Assembly: GCA_038065315.1 (NCBI GenBank)
Contig: JBBTRF010000001.1
Coordinates: 592,458 to 656,457 of the forward strand
Direction of reading: 5' to 3'
DNA length: 64,000 bases
Origin: Patescibacteria group bacterium
GTDB taxonomy: Bacteria > Patescibacteriota > Minisyncoccia > Phycocordibacterales > JBBTRF01
Shown here: positions 36,018 through 45,583 of the stretch, one piece after another
Position numbering within the stretch: the stretch's first letter is position 1
How the letters are laid out: each line of letters begins with the position of its first letter
Translations under genes and position numbers: made by a program
Notes under the pieces: generated by a model
Told to the model about the DNA's origin: nothing
The model's database searches: none
Seen by the model: only the letters and a program-made list of their open reading frames with translations

Positions 36018-37256
36018 ATGATTTTTTCCTACAGCCTCAAAACTGCCGTCACTGGACTCAAGACGAATCGCTCTCGTTCACTTTTGACGATCCTCGGCAT
36101 TGTTATTGGTATTGCGGCAATCATTCTCATCATGTCTTTGGGGCAGGGGGCGCAGCAGCTGATCCTCAATCAAGTGCAGGGCATGGGTTCGAAAACGATC
36201 GTGGTCATCCCCGGTCGCGAGCCGAAAGGTCCGTCGGATGCAGCGCAAGTGTTTAGCGATTCCCTAAAAATCCGCGACCTCGAGCTCCTTCAGAACAAAG
36301 AAAATGTGCCGACACTCGGCAGCGTCATGCCCCTCCTTTTCACTGGCGTGAGTGCTTCGTATGGCAGCGAGACGTATCGTCCGACGATCTTTGGTGTCTC
36401 GCCGCTTATTCAACAGATTTTTGATCTCGATGTTTCCGAAGGCGAATTTTTTAGTAATGACGATGTGCGTGCGCGGGCGGATGTGGTGGTGATCGGCTCA
36501 AAGGTGAAGGAGCAACTCTTTGGTGACAGTCCCGCCCTCGGTGAGAAGATCAAGATCAAGGACCGCAATTTCCGCGTGATCGGTATCATGCCGTCGAAAG
36601 GGCAGGTGTCATTTTTCAATTTTGACGAAGCGGTGATTGTGCCATATACCACGGCGCAGCAGTATGTGCTTGGTATTAAATATTTTCATCGATTCATCGC
36701 TGAGGCTACTTCGCAGGACTTGATCGCGCAGACGGTGACGGATATTAAAGCCACCTTGCGTGAGAGCCACAAGATCACAGACCCGGACAAAGATGACTTC
36801 TTTGTGCAAACGCAGGAGGATCTCGCCGCTCGTTTGGGCCTCATTACCCAAGTCCTCACCCTGTTCCTCGCGGCCGTCGCTGCCATCTCTCTAGTGGTGG
36901 GCGGTATCGGCATCATGAACATCATGCTCGTGTCGGTGACCGAACGTACTCGCGAGATCGGCCTGCGAAAGTCTATCGGCGCAACAGACCGCGATATTCT
37001 GATGCAATTCTTGCTCGAAGCAGTGCTACTCACCGGCACAGGTGGGGTAGCGGGCATCATCATCGGCGGCACGCTCTCCGTGATATGCGCCCTCATCCTC
37101 ACCAATTTTGTCGGTCTCGATTGGAGCTTCCAATTTCCATTCTTTGGCGCCTTCCTCGGTATTGTGGTGTCTGGCGTGATCGGCCTCGTGTTCGGTATTT
37201 ATCCGGCAAAACAAGCCGCGCGCAAAAGCCCGATGGAGGCATTGCGGTACGAGTAG
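36018..37256 (+). CDS. ABC transporter permease, FtsX/MacB family
   Basis: N-terminal TM, periplasmic domain, C-terminal 3-TM FtsX domain. Confidence 0.8.
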   Translation: MIFSYSLKTAVTGLKTNRSRSLLTILGIVIGIAAIILIMSLGQGAQQLILNQVQGMGSKTIVVIPGREPKGPSDAAQVFSDSLKIRDLELLQNKENVPTLGSVMPLLFTGVSASYGSETYRPTIFGVSPLIQQIFDLDVSEGEFFSNDDVRARADVVVIGSKVKEQLFGDSPALGEKIKIKDRNFRVIGIMPSKGQVSFFNFDEAVIVPYTTAQQYVLGIKYFHRFIAEATSQDLIAQTVTDIKATLRESHKITDPDKDDFFVQTQEDLAARLGLITQVLTLFLAAVAAISLVVGGIGIMNIMLVSVTERTREIGLRKSIGATDRDILMQFLLEAVLLTGTGGVAGIIIGGTLSVICALILTNFVGLDWSFQFPFFGAFLGIVVSGVIGLVFGIYPAKQAARKSPMEALRYE

Positions 37257-37373
37257 GCGAGTGTGCCGCACGCTGTAATAGTGACGACCGACAGACGGCA
37301 ATGGTATACTAGAGGTCCATTATTAGGGATACCCTTTATTTATTAAACGCTTTAGTCCTAACCAACCACACAT

Positions 37374-38192
37374 ATGTTTTCTTCACTCACCGAAACCCAA
37401 TCAAAGCGCCTTTTTCAGGCCTTCCACGTGCTCCTTATCGTCGGCTCTCTCTATCTTTTGGCCCGAGTGATCACTGAGGTGAAGACCTCGGCGAACATCG
37501 GCAAGACACCAGTCCAGAGCCAGATCTCTGTCACTGGCAAAGGTGACGCGTATGCTATCCCAGATATCGCGACCGTCTCATATGATGTGAGCCATGAAGC
37601 CAAGACCGTCTCCGAAGCTCAGGAAAATGTCACGAAGCGTGCAAATGACATCCTCGCGTACCTCAAGGAGGCAGGTATCGAGGATGTGGATGTGAAGACC
37701 ACCAACTATCAGATCTATCCGCACTACGAATACAGCAATCGACCGGTGGTTTGTTACGACGCTGCGAGCTGTCAGCCAAAGGACAGCCGATACTTTATTG
37801 GCTACAACGTCACCAGCTCCTTCCTCGTGAAGATTCGCAAGGTGGAGGATGCAGGAAAGATACTCGCGGAGATTGGTAACCGAAAGGTGACCAACTTGAG
37901 CGGTCTCTCTTTCACTGTTGAAAATGAAGATGCGACCAAGGCACTGGCTCGCAAGAATGCGATCGAGGATGCACAGCGCAAGGCAGAAATACTCGCGAAA
38001 GATCTCGGTGTTTCTCTCGGCAAGATCAGTAGTTTCTCTGAATCAGGCAACGGCTACTATCCAATGTACTACAGCAAGGAAATGGCAATGAGTTCGGACG
38101 CTGGCGGAATGGGCGGAGCACCGGCGCCTGAGCTTCCAGCAGGCGAGAACAAGACCACTAGCCAGGTCACGATAACCTACGAAATCAACTAA
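37374..38192 (+). CDS. SIMPL-domain (DUF541) periplasmic protein
   Basis: family pattern ...YQIYPHYEYSN...GYNVTSS...AIEDAQRKAEILAKDLG. Confidence 0.65.
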   Translation: MFSSLTETQSKRLFQAFHVLLIVGSLYLLARVITEVKTSANIGKTPVQSQISVTGKGDAYAIPDIATVSYDVSHEAKTVSEAQENVTKRANDILAYLKEAGIEDVDVKTTNYQIYPHYEYSNRPVVCYDAASCQPKDSRYFIGYNVTSSFLVKIRKVEDAGKILAEIGNRKVTNLSGLSFTVENEDATKALARKNAIEDAQRKAEILAKDLGVSLGKISSFSESGNGYYPMYYSKEMAMSSDAGGMGGAPAPELPAGENKTTSQVTITYEIN

Positions 38193-38296
38193 CAGATAGG
38201 CCGTTTTGGCCCGTCGGTTGACGCTAAAGCCCAAAAGGAGTATTATAATAAATGAGGCCGAGGGGGCCTTTTTTACTAAGCGAACAACGCATCATT

Positions 38297-38479
38297 ATGA
38301 ACATCGTTGAATACATCAAAGAAACTCGTTCAGAAATGGCCCATGTCAGCTGGCCAACCCGCCGACAGGCCGTGATCTACACGGTCGTCGTGATCGTGAT
38401 TTCTCTCGTGACCGGTCTTTTGCTCGGTCTCTTTGATTCCGGATTCGCTCTCGCCATGAAATCGTTCTTGCTCCAGTAA
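38297..38479 (+). CDS. secE: preprotein translocase subunit SecE
   Basis: 60 aa, IKETRSEMAHVSWPTRRQ + single TM; precedes nusG. Confidence 0.75.
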   Translation: MNIVEYIKETRSEMAHVSWPTRRQAVIYTVVVIVISLVTGLLLGLFDSGFALAMKSFLLQ

Positions 38480-38497
38480 ATCCCCCCAACCACATCT

Positions 38498-39043
38498 ATG
38501 TCAAAACAAAAACTCGAAGAAGTGCGAAATTGGTACGCCATCCACACCTACGCAGGGTATGAGAATGCCGTGGCACGAAATCTCAAACAGCGTATTGAGT
38601 CTCTCGGTATGGAGAACAAGATTTTCAACGTGCTCGTGCCGACCGAGAAGATGATCAAGGTGAAGGCGGGGAAACGTGTCGAGGAGGAAGAGAAGATCTA
38701 TCCTGGATACATCCTCGTGGATATGATCGTCACCGACGACTCATGGTACGTGGTCCGAAACACTCCTCGCGTGACCGGCTTCGTCGGCTCTGGCGTGTAC
38801 CCGGTACCATTGGAGAAGGCAGAAGTGGAAACAATCTTCAAGCGCATGAATTCCGACAATGTGATGCACAACATCGACCTCGCACTCGAAGATGCGGTCA
38901 TCATTGCCGACGGTCCGTTCAAGGACTTCGAAGGTAAGGTGAGCGAAGTGGATGCGTCTCGAGGCAAGGTGAAGGTACTCGTGTCGATGTTCGGCCGCGA
39001 AACCCCGGTAGAGCTCGATTTCTTGCAAGTAAAGAAGATTTAA
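38498..39043 (+). CDS. nusG: transcription termination/antitermination factor NusG
   Basis: WYAIHTYAGYENAV NGN domain; KOW C-terminus. Confidence 0.9.
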   Translation: MSKQKLEEVRNWYAIHTYAGYENAVARNLKQRIESLGMENKIFNVLVPTEKMIKVKAGKRVEEEEKIYPGYILVDMIVTDDSWYVVRNTPRVTGFVGSGVYPVPLEKAEVETIFKRMNSDNVMHNIDLALEDAVIIADGPFKDFEGKVSEVDASRGKVKVLVSMFGRETPVELDFLQVKKI

Positions 39044-39070
39044 GGTAACCTGTAATTTCTATAAAACACC

Positions 39071-39493
39071 ATGGCTAAAAAACTCGTAAAATCACTCAAA
39101 TTGGTCATTCCAGCAGGGAAGGCAACCCCAGCTCCCCCTATTGGCCCTGCGCTTGGTCAGGCCAAGGTGAACATCGGCGAATTCGTGACTCGTTTCAACG
39201 CGGGCACCAAGGACCGAATGGGCGACCTCGTCCCGACGATTATCAACACCTACGATGACAAGTCTTTCGAGCTTGTCTTCAAGACGTCTCCGGCTTCGAG
39301 CCTCATTTTGAAGGCGATCGGCAAGGAGAAGGGTTCAGGCAAGGCACCGACAGAGAAGGCAGGTACTATCAGCAAAGCGAAGGTTCGCGAAATCGCTGAG
39401 AAGAAGATGGTTGATTTGAATGCGAATACTATTGAGGCAGCGATGAAGATTATTGAGGGATCTGCACGATCGATGGGGGTGGACGTGAAGTAA
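39071..39493 (+). CDS. rplK: 50S ribosomal protein L11 (uL11)
   Basis: [17 protein letters not shown] signature. Confidence 0.9.
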   Translation: MAKKLVKSLKLVIPAGKATPAPPIGPALGQAKVNIGEFVTRFNAGTKDRMGDLVPTIINTYDDKSFELVFKTSPASSLILKAIGKEKGSGKAPTEKAGTISKAKVREIAEKKMVDLNANTIEAAMKIIEGSARSMGVDVK

Positions 39494-39496
39494 AAG

Positions 39497-39603
39497 AAAA
39501 ACAAAGCACCCTTTCTTGGGGTACGCATAAATCCTCACTAGGATTTTGCTCCGGCTCGCGCCAGTCGCGCTCCGCAGTCCCCAAGAAAGGGTGCTTTGTT
39601 TTT
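39497..39603 (+). ncRNA. 107-nt structured element: 25-bp inverted-repeat arms enclosing two smaller hairpins, ends in T-run; terminator and/or regulatory RNA after rplK
   Basis: AAAAACAAAGCACCCTTTCTTGGGG ... CCCCAAGAAAGGGTGCTTTGTTTTT read directly. Confidence 0.45.
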
Positions 39604-39757
39604 CCATATTTATCTTCACACCACGCATCTCTCGCATAGTTGACTTTTTATGATATTCGTGATAGTAAGATAGACAGATTCCCTTCGGGAATGCTCCTTG
39701 CCACGGGTCAGTGGTGTTCGGTCGGCTCCACCTCGGTTTCAACACAGGAGGCTCATT

Positions 39758-40540
39758 ATGTCGGAAGAAAATCATCTTAAGATCGTCCAACTCAACATCT
39801 GCCGCGGGAAACACCCGCAGGCGATGGAGTTCATCAAAGCCAATCGCGACAAGTTCGACGCATTCCTCCTCCAGGAGGTCGTTGAGCACAACCAGATCCA
39901 GCTTGCTCGGGACTTTCGGAACGCATACTTTGTTCCAATGACGAAGGTCTGGGACGGTATCAGTGAAACCCAGGGCCGCTGGACTACCTCGGGTGTCGGC
40001 ATCTACACCAACCTGCCGATGACTTCCGTTGCCGCCCACTATTATGTCGGCGAATACGGCCGGCTTCAGCATCTCGACGACACCTCGCTTGAGCGCATCG
40101 ATGCGACAAAGAGTCGCGTCGTCGCTGTTTGCGACATCGCGATAGGGAGTATCGGTTATCGCCTCGCCACTACGCATTTCACTTGGGTGCCGAAAGGGGA
40201 GCCAAGCGACTTTCAGCGTGCTGATGTTTGGCGGATGGCGCAGATCTTGAACGGCCTGGGAGAGTTCGTTTTTTGTGGGGACTTCAACTTTCCCCGCGGC
40301 GGCGAGATCTATCAGAAGCTGCTTGCCTTGACGAGTCTGCACGCCGCAGTGCCGGCCAGGTTCGACAATACCCTCGATCCAGAACTTCACAAGCTGAATG
40401 GGAAGGTGAAAGCGATGATTGACCACATCTTTGTGGGCGTCGTCGGGTATGAGGTTTATGATGTCGAGCAGGTGTTCGGTCTCAGTGATCACGGCGCATT
40501 CACCGCGAAGGTGCGCGAACGTGTCGGCTCGATGCCTTGA
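39758..40540 (+). CDS. endonuclease/exonuclease/phosphatase (EEP) family protein
   Basis: AGGAGG RBS; LKIVQLNI N-terminus and SDHGAF C-terminal motif. Confidence 0.75.
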   Translation: MSEENHLKIVQLNICRGKHPQAMEFIKANRDKFDAFLLQEVVEHNQIQLARDFRNAYFVPMTKVWDGISETQGRWTTSGVGIYTNLPMTSVAAHYYVGEYGRLQHLDDTSLERIDATKSRVVAVCDIAIGSIGYRLATTHFTWVPKGEPSDFQRADVWRMAQILNGLGEFVFCGDFNFPRGGEIYQKLLALTSLHAAVPARFDNTLDPELHKLNGKVKAMIDHIFVGVVGYEVYDVEQVFGLSDHGAFTAKVRERVGSMP

Positions 40541-40572
40541 GCTACGCGACATCGTCAGTAGTTTTTCAACAA

Positions 40573-40605
40573 GCCGCGCCCTTAAATGGACGCGGTCTTC
40601 TTTTT
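40573..40605. terminator. bidirectional terminator hairpin CCGCGC..GCGCGG + T-run
   Basis: between convergent genes. Confidence 0.5.
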
Positions 40606-41296
40606 ATAACACCGAATCGATATCTTTGAACGAGGTAAGTTGCGGACAGTCGATGTTGGCGTCCTGCGCTTTGCAATACACAAGTATAGAATCGATACCC
40701 AGAGACTTCGGCACCTCGTAGTCGGAGCGCGGGCGATCACCGATGTAGAGGAAATTCTCTGGCGAGAGGTCGGGGTAGAGGGCCATCCATTGTTTGTAGA
40801 GGTCGCCGTTTGGCTTTGAGCCGTCGTCGTTGGTAAGGATGTGCCCGAATAGGCCGTGGCTCATGTCGAGCTTGCCGAGCTTTTTGTTGGCGTTGGTACG
40901 GTTTGATCCTGTGAGGATGTCGATGTTTTGGTATTTTGCTTTCAGACGCTTCAAGATATTGAGGGTTTCTTGATCCGGCACGAGATAGTCGTCGATATCG
41001 GCGCGCTCGAGGGCTTCCTGAACGATGTCTTGGTGATTAGGAACCCCAAGCATTTTCAGTGTTGTTGAGCCGCCGAGGCCGCGACCTTCTTTGTACAGGT
41101 CTTTGAACATTTTCTCCGCTTCGGTGAGTGAGACGCCCTTGTGTTCGCTGATCTTGTGGTAAATATAGATCTGAATCGCCTCGTCGATAAAGCTCGACTT
41201 GGGGTAGAGGGTCTGGTCGAGGTCGAAGCCGATGACTTTGATTTTTGAGTAGTCTTTTCTCATTTCGCCTTTCATGCTATTTAGTATACCCGACAT
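40604..41296 (-). CDS. HAD-superfamily hydrolase (phosphatase), subfamily IA-like
   Basis: GFDLDQTLY motif I; start may be 41275. Confidence 0.7.
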   Translation of the reverse strand: MSGILNSMKGEMRKDYSKIKVIGFDLDQTLYPKSSFIDEAIQIYIYHKISEHKGVSLTEAEKMFKDLYKEGRGLGGSTTLKMLGVPNHQDIVQEALERADIDDYLVPDQETLNILKRLKAKYQNIDILTGSNRTNANKKLGKLDMSHGLFGHILTNDDGSKPNGDLYKQWMALYPDLSPENFLYIGDRPRSDYEVPKSLGIDSILVYCKAQDANIDCPQLTSFKDIDSVL

Positions 41297-43721
41297 AAAA
41301 CACCGTGAGGTTGCCAGTCTTCGCCTTGAGCTGCTTTGAAAATTGGCCGCAGAGGTAGTTGAGTGCTTCGGTGTCCGCTTTCTGCTTGGCGAGCGCGCGA
41401 TTCATGAAGACCGCCGTGGCATGGAGCTTGTTGCCAAGGACGTTGGCCTGGAAGAAGGCGAGCTGATCGGCTTGGGGGTCGCTTTTGCCGGCTTGGTATT
41501 CGGAAAGGACGGGGTTGTTGTGCATCACGCCCTTCTGCTTGTAGTAGTCGATGGCGCGGGCAACGGTGTCGACGCCTTCGAAGTCATAGAGTCGGTCGAG
41601 GAAAGACTTTTTTGGTCGCTTGGCGACGGGCTTGATAGGGGAATAGCTGTACGCGACCACGCCGCTGGTCATGTCGGGTTTTGTTACGGCCGTTTTTGTT
41701 TTGCCCGTATTTTTTGCTTCGCCAAGACTATATGGCCCGCTTTTGGTGTCGAGGTCGTCGGTCGGCTTCGAAGGCTCCATGAGGATCTTCTTGGTGCGCT
41801 GTTCTTCGGTCAAAAGGAGAATGTTGCCGCGATTGGAAAGCATGTACATGTCGCCGGACTTCAGCTTCAGGGCTGTGCGAATCGCGGTGACATAGGCGTC
41901 GTGTAGGCCAAAGATGTTTTCCGGGTAGGCGTTGACCATGTTGTGAGCACGGGCGATGTGGAAGGAATGCATTTTGCCCTTCTTGGGAATGAAAATGTCA
42001 TACACGAGACACGGGTCGTGGGTGTATTTGCGTTTCCCACTGCCTGGGTCGATGTAGCTGCCCATGTCAACGGTCGGGTCGAAGCGGGCGATGATCGAGG
42101 CCTTTCGCGGGTTTTTCTTGAGCGTCTTTTTGGTTTCCAATAGCTGATCCACGCCAAAGTGCTGGCGGGTGCGCTCACCGTAGCTATAATCGCCATCGTG
42201 GTCGAAGCGGAGCAGCTGTTTTTTGTAGTTGGCGCGCATCTCCGCGGTAGACTGGTCGCCTTGTTTGTAGAAAGCGGGGAGGGTGGTGAGGGATTTTGCA
42301 GAATTGCGATAGATCGCCAGAGCGACACCGCTGCGCGCGGTACCTTTCTGCCTGTCTCCGTGTTCGTGGGTGAGACCTTCGGTGTAGATCTTCATGAGGA
42401 TGTTTTTGTGCACGCCGAGGAATGAGTCGCCGTCGGATACCAAAAGAGGGAGGTCGGTCTTGTTGATTCGGAAGATGCCTGAAAAGTCCTGGATGAAGGC
42501 GTAGTTGAGCTTTGCGGCGAGTGTGGCGCGACCGATCTGTCCGCCGACATCCACACGGTGGAGGAAGTCCATCTCGTAGTCCTCAAAACGGTTTTTCTCG
42601 GCGAGCCAGGTGAAAATCGCGCCGATCGACTTCGAGCGCAGGTCGAACACCTCCTCGCAAACATCGAAGGCGAGACACATCACTGAGACGCCGCCATCGC
42701 GCACGCTCATTTTGTAATAATATTTCTTGTCCGTGACCAGCGACATGTTGGACTCGATCGGGATCTGCTTTTTGCTGATGATTTTCGCGGTCTGGAAGCT
42801 CGATTTGAGGGAGATGCGGTTTTTGATTTCGGTGTCGACGCGCGCGATCTCGGCGCCGAGCACGAGCTGTTGAAGTGGGCTCAACAGGCGCTTGTCGGCG
42901 CCGAGAAAACGCATGATCGAGTATTCGAGGCGGAATTCATCGGCTCCGACCACGAAAAATGTCTTGCCACCCACTTCGAGGTCGACACGAATCTGCCCCT
43001 TCTCCGCACTCACGCAGAAAGGCATTTTTTCAGAAACAGTTGCCTCGCCGAGCGCGATCTTTGGCGGCTGCAGGTGTTGGAACTCCTTTGGGTCGAGGTC
43101 AATGAGCCCTTTTTTCTTGCTTGGCTCTTTGGCGAGCAGGGAGATGAGCTGGTTGAGGGTGTCGTAGTAGATGGATTTCTTCTCAGAAGCTGTCTTCAGA
43201 AACGTATGTACCTCAGCACTTACTTTTGGCTTTAGCCATTCCAGATAGTCAGTAACGACTTGCTTTGAATAATCATTTCGATACATGAAAAGCGGCAGCA
43301 CAATGATATTTTCGCGGAAGGCATCGATGATCTTCTTCGATAAATTGGGAAAATGAGCCGAAGCCGCCTTGCCACCGACAATATAGTTGCCGGGCTTTTG
43401 CGCATCGACACCATTCTGGATTGCGAGAAGGAGGTTGGTGCTCGGCGAGAAGGTGAGTGACTCTTCGGAGAAGAGTACGAGGAAACGGATGGTCGGATGG
43501 GCGAGACAATTCAACACCATGCGCTCCGTGCCGTCGCGGCTCACAATCAAAGCCCCTAGTGCCGAGACGTGCGCACGATTTTTCTCTTCGATCTCGTTGA
43601 ACACCTGTCCGGGTGCGGAGGTGTTGGTGCAAATGCCGATCTGTCCCTCAGCGCCTTCGCCTGGGGTCACGAGGATCGCGTCGACAATCGGGAATTGAGT
43701 TGTGGCGGGTTTGGTTACCAT
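41277..43721 (-). CDS. 814-aa multidomain protein; C-terminal half is a truncated thymidylate synthase/dNMP hydroxymethylase (ThyA)-family fold; N-terminal about 450 aa unknown
   Basis: by eye vs E. coli ThyA: GERTRQHFGVDQLLETKK ~ DRTGTGTLSIFGHQMRF..LVTTKR; LKKNPRKASII ~ LKNDPDSRRIIV; DPCLVYDIFIPKKGKMHSFHIARAHN ~ [26 protein letters not shown]; region between TTKK and NPxxR blocks deleted. Confidence 0.6.
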   Translation of the reverse strand: MVTKPATTQFPIVDAILVTPGEGAEGQIGICTNTSAPGQVFNEIEEKNRAHVSALGALIVSRDGTERMVLNCLAHPTIRFLVLFSEESLTFSPSTNLLLAIQNGVDAQKPGNYIVGGKAASAHFPNLSKKIIDAFRENIIVLPLFMYRNDYSKQVVTDYLEWLKPKVSAEVHTFLKTASEKKSIYYDTLNQLISLLAKEPSKKKGLIDLDPKEFQHLQPPKIALGEATVSEKMPFCVSAEKGQIRVDLEVGGKTFFVVGADEFRLEYSIMRFLGADKRLLSPLQQLVLGAEIARVDTEIKNRISLKSSFQTAKIISKKQIPIESNMSLVTDKKYYYKMSVRDGGVSVMCLAFDVCEEVFDLRSKSIGAIFTWLAEKNRFEDYEMDFLHRVDVGGQIGRATLAAKLNYAFIQDFSGIFRINKTDLPLLVSDGDSFLGVHKNILMKIYTEGLTHEHGDRQKGTARSGVALAIYRNSAKSLTTLPAFYKQGDQSTAEMRANYKKQLLRFDHDGDYSYGERTRQHFGVDQLLETKKTLKKNPRKASIIARFDPTVDMGSYIDPGSGKRKYTHDPCLVYDIFIPKKGKMHSFHIARAHNMVNAYPENIFGLHDAYVTAIRTALKLKSGDMYMLSNRGNILLLTEEQRTKKILMEPSKPTDDLDTKSGPYSLGEAKNTGKTKTAVTKPDMTSGVVAYSYSPIKPVAKRPKKSFLDRLYDFEGVDTVARAIDYYKQKGVMHNNPVLSEYQAGKSDPQADQLAFFQANVLGNKLHATAVFMNRALAKQKADTEALNYLCGQFSKQLKAKTGNLTVFYVGYTK

Positions 43722-44641
43722 TTTTTGCTGCCCCAGCTGTTTGGCAGGAGGGTTTCTATCGAATACGTATTATACACGGGCTGCTTTTTGGCGAAGCAAT
43801 ACACTTGGAGCTTCCAGCCGTAGCGCTTTGAAAGTTCGGTGATAAATTGTCGGCACGGGCCGCAGGTTTGGCAGGGTTCGGCCTCGAATTTGTCGGAGAC
43901 GACGGCGAGATGAGTGAGCTTTTCTTCTTTGGCCATCAATGCGGCGAGGATAGCGCCCATCTCGGCGTGCACCATGAGGCGTTTGTCCGGCGAGGAATAT
44001 TGGCCGGAATAGAAGATTTTGCCGCTTTCGGTGAGAACGGCTGCGCCATATGAGCTAGCACCTTGGTAGGTGGTGAAGGCAAGCTCGAGACCTTTCAGAG
44101 CGTATTTTTTCAGTGCCTGCGCGATGGCGGCCTCATCGGTGTTTTTGCTATTCTTGGCAACCTTTGCCCAATTGGCTTTCGGTGCGACTTTTTTCAATTT
44201 CAAATCGCTTGGCTCCGGGTGGTAGAAGGGGATGGCATCGAGGACATTTTTCACCTTGAAGACAGTCGTACCTTCGGCATCGAGGACGCTGTAGGCGATC
44301 TTGGTGCCAGTGCGGTTGGCGAAATCGGCCATGACTTTGAGTGCGAGCGGCGAAATGATCGGCTTGGTTGAGTCGATGAGAGTGGCCACTTCGACGATCT
44401 GGAAATCGCGATGCTGCACCGCGATGAGCAGAGCCGTCTGTTCCGAAGTGACATCTAGGAGGTTGGTGTCCGACTCAGCCTTTCCGCCGAAGTAGCTCTT
44501 GCCGCTCTTCGAGATCGCGACCGATGCGGCATTGCCATTACCATCCGTGCGCGCCTTTTTGGTGACCGAAAGGAAGAGCGCCTCGTGGAGCGACTTCGCA
44601 AGCTTGTTTGCTGCGGCAGGTTTGTTAATAGATTTCGACAT
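43715..44641 (-). CDS. tandem-domain cytidine/deoxycytidylate deaminase-family protein
   Basis: zinc motifs HAEMGAI ... PCQTCGPCRQF; two CDA-like halves. Confidence 0.7.
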   Translation of the reverse strand: MSKSINKPAAANKLAKSLHEALFLSVTKKARTDGNGNAASVAISKSGKSYFGGKAESDTNLLDVTSEQTALLIAVQHRDFQIVEVATLIDSTKPIISPLALKVMADFANRTGTKIAYSVLDAEGTTVFKVKNVLDAIPFYHPEPSDLKLKKVAPKANWAKVAKNSKNTDEAAIAQALKKYALKGLELAFTTYQGASSYGAAVLTESGKIFYSGQYSSPDKRLMVHAEMGAILAALMAKEEKLTHLAVVSDKFEAEPCQTCGPCRQFITELSKRYGWKLQVYCFAKKQPVYNTYSIETLLPNSWGSKKW

Positions 44642-45524
44642 TGCTTCGGAGCTTGCTGACCATGAGGCCGACAGTCTCCCAATCGTAATGGAGGATCTTC
44701 TTGAGGAAATCGTTCAAAAGGTGAATCTTGTCGCGTTCAAGTCGATAGAACATTTTTTCAGCTTTCTTGCTCGAGAGGCGGATGGTCGGGCGCAGCGGCG
44801 TCGGAAAGGCGTAGTAGGGGATGAGTGGCTGACGCTTGTCTTTGGCTTCGACGACGATCACCGTGATCGGCTTGTTGAGGGTTTCGAGGGCATAGTCGAG
44901 ACGATGTGCACCATCGCAAATAATATGAAAAGAATGCGGACCAGTGTAAGGGAGGCCGTAGTTGATGATCGGTGCGTTGGAGTTGAAGGTTGGCAGGTGA
45001 GTGATCTTGCTCACTTCATCGATATAGAAATTGTGCAGCTCCATGTTGCCGAGGTGGTGCATGTTGCTCTGCGCGTCGCGTGCGTAGGTGCCACTGAAGC
45101 GTTTTGAAAGTTTCTCAAGGTCGATGAAGCCATTTTGCAGATCGTACGTGTGTCTCTCAATAATCGGCGGGAGCACGTGGTAGACACCGCGATCTTTCCA
45201 GGTGTACTCGACTGCTCCCTTCAGATTGGTAATCGACATCTTTTGCTTTTTCAGGAATCGATCCACTTCGGCCATAATCTCGATTTGGTTTTGGTAGATA
45301 GTGGGCTGAGGGGTGAAGAGTGGCTCACGTCCCTTGCCGACTTGAATCTCGGCCGGCATACCGATGTGCTTTGGCGGATAGACGGTGGCGAGGCGAAACG
45401 TCGCATTCCGATACGGCTTCACTTTCTCGCCATTCGAAGCGTAGAGACCTCGAAAGACGATGTTTTGCATCATTTTTTCCAACTCTTTGAATGGGATGAT
45501 TTTTTCGAGTTTGAGGCTATGCAT
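44625..45524 (-). CDS. hypothetical protein with ParB/Srx-like motif (HIICDGAHRLDYA)
   Basis: first gene of overlapping minus-strand operon; motif resemblance only. Confidence 0.45.
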   Translation of the reverse strand: MHSLKLEKIIPFKELEKMMQNIVFRGLYASNGEKVKPYRNATFRLATVYPPKHIGMPAEIQVGKGREPLFTPQPTIYQNQIEIMAEVDRFLKKQKMSITNLKGAVEYTWKDRGVYHVLPPIIERHTYDLQNGFIDLEKLSKRFSGTYARDAQSNMHHLGNMELHNFYIDEVSKITHLPTFNSNAPIINYGLPYTGPHSFHIICDGAHRLDYALETLNKPITVIVVEAKDKRQPLIPYYAFPTPLRPTIRLSSKKAEKMFYRLERDKIHLLNDFLKKILHYDWETVGLMVSKLRSNVEIY

Positions 45525-45583
45525 GTGCTCACACTATAGCTTTTTCACTTGGAGGGGGCAACTTGACAGACAGGGGTGAATAA

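Noticed and set aside
39335-40552. 405-aa minus-strand ORF
   Set aside because: Antisense to the EEP-family gene (39758-40540), which has family motifs and an AGGAGG RBS; the long antisense ORF is a by-product of high GC.
41343-41906. 187-aa + strand ORF rich in Gly/Val/Ala
   Set aside because: Antisense to the 814-aa ThyA-like gene; composition-driven.
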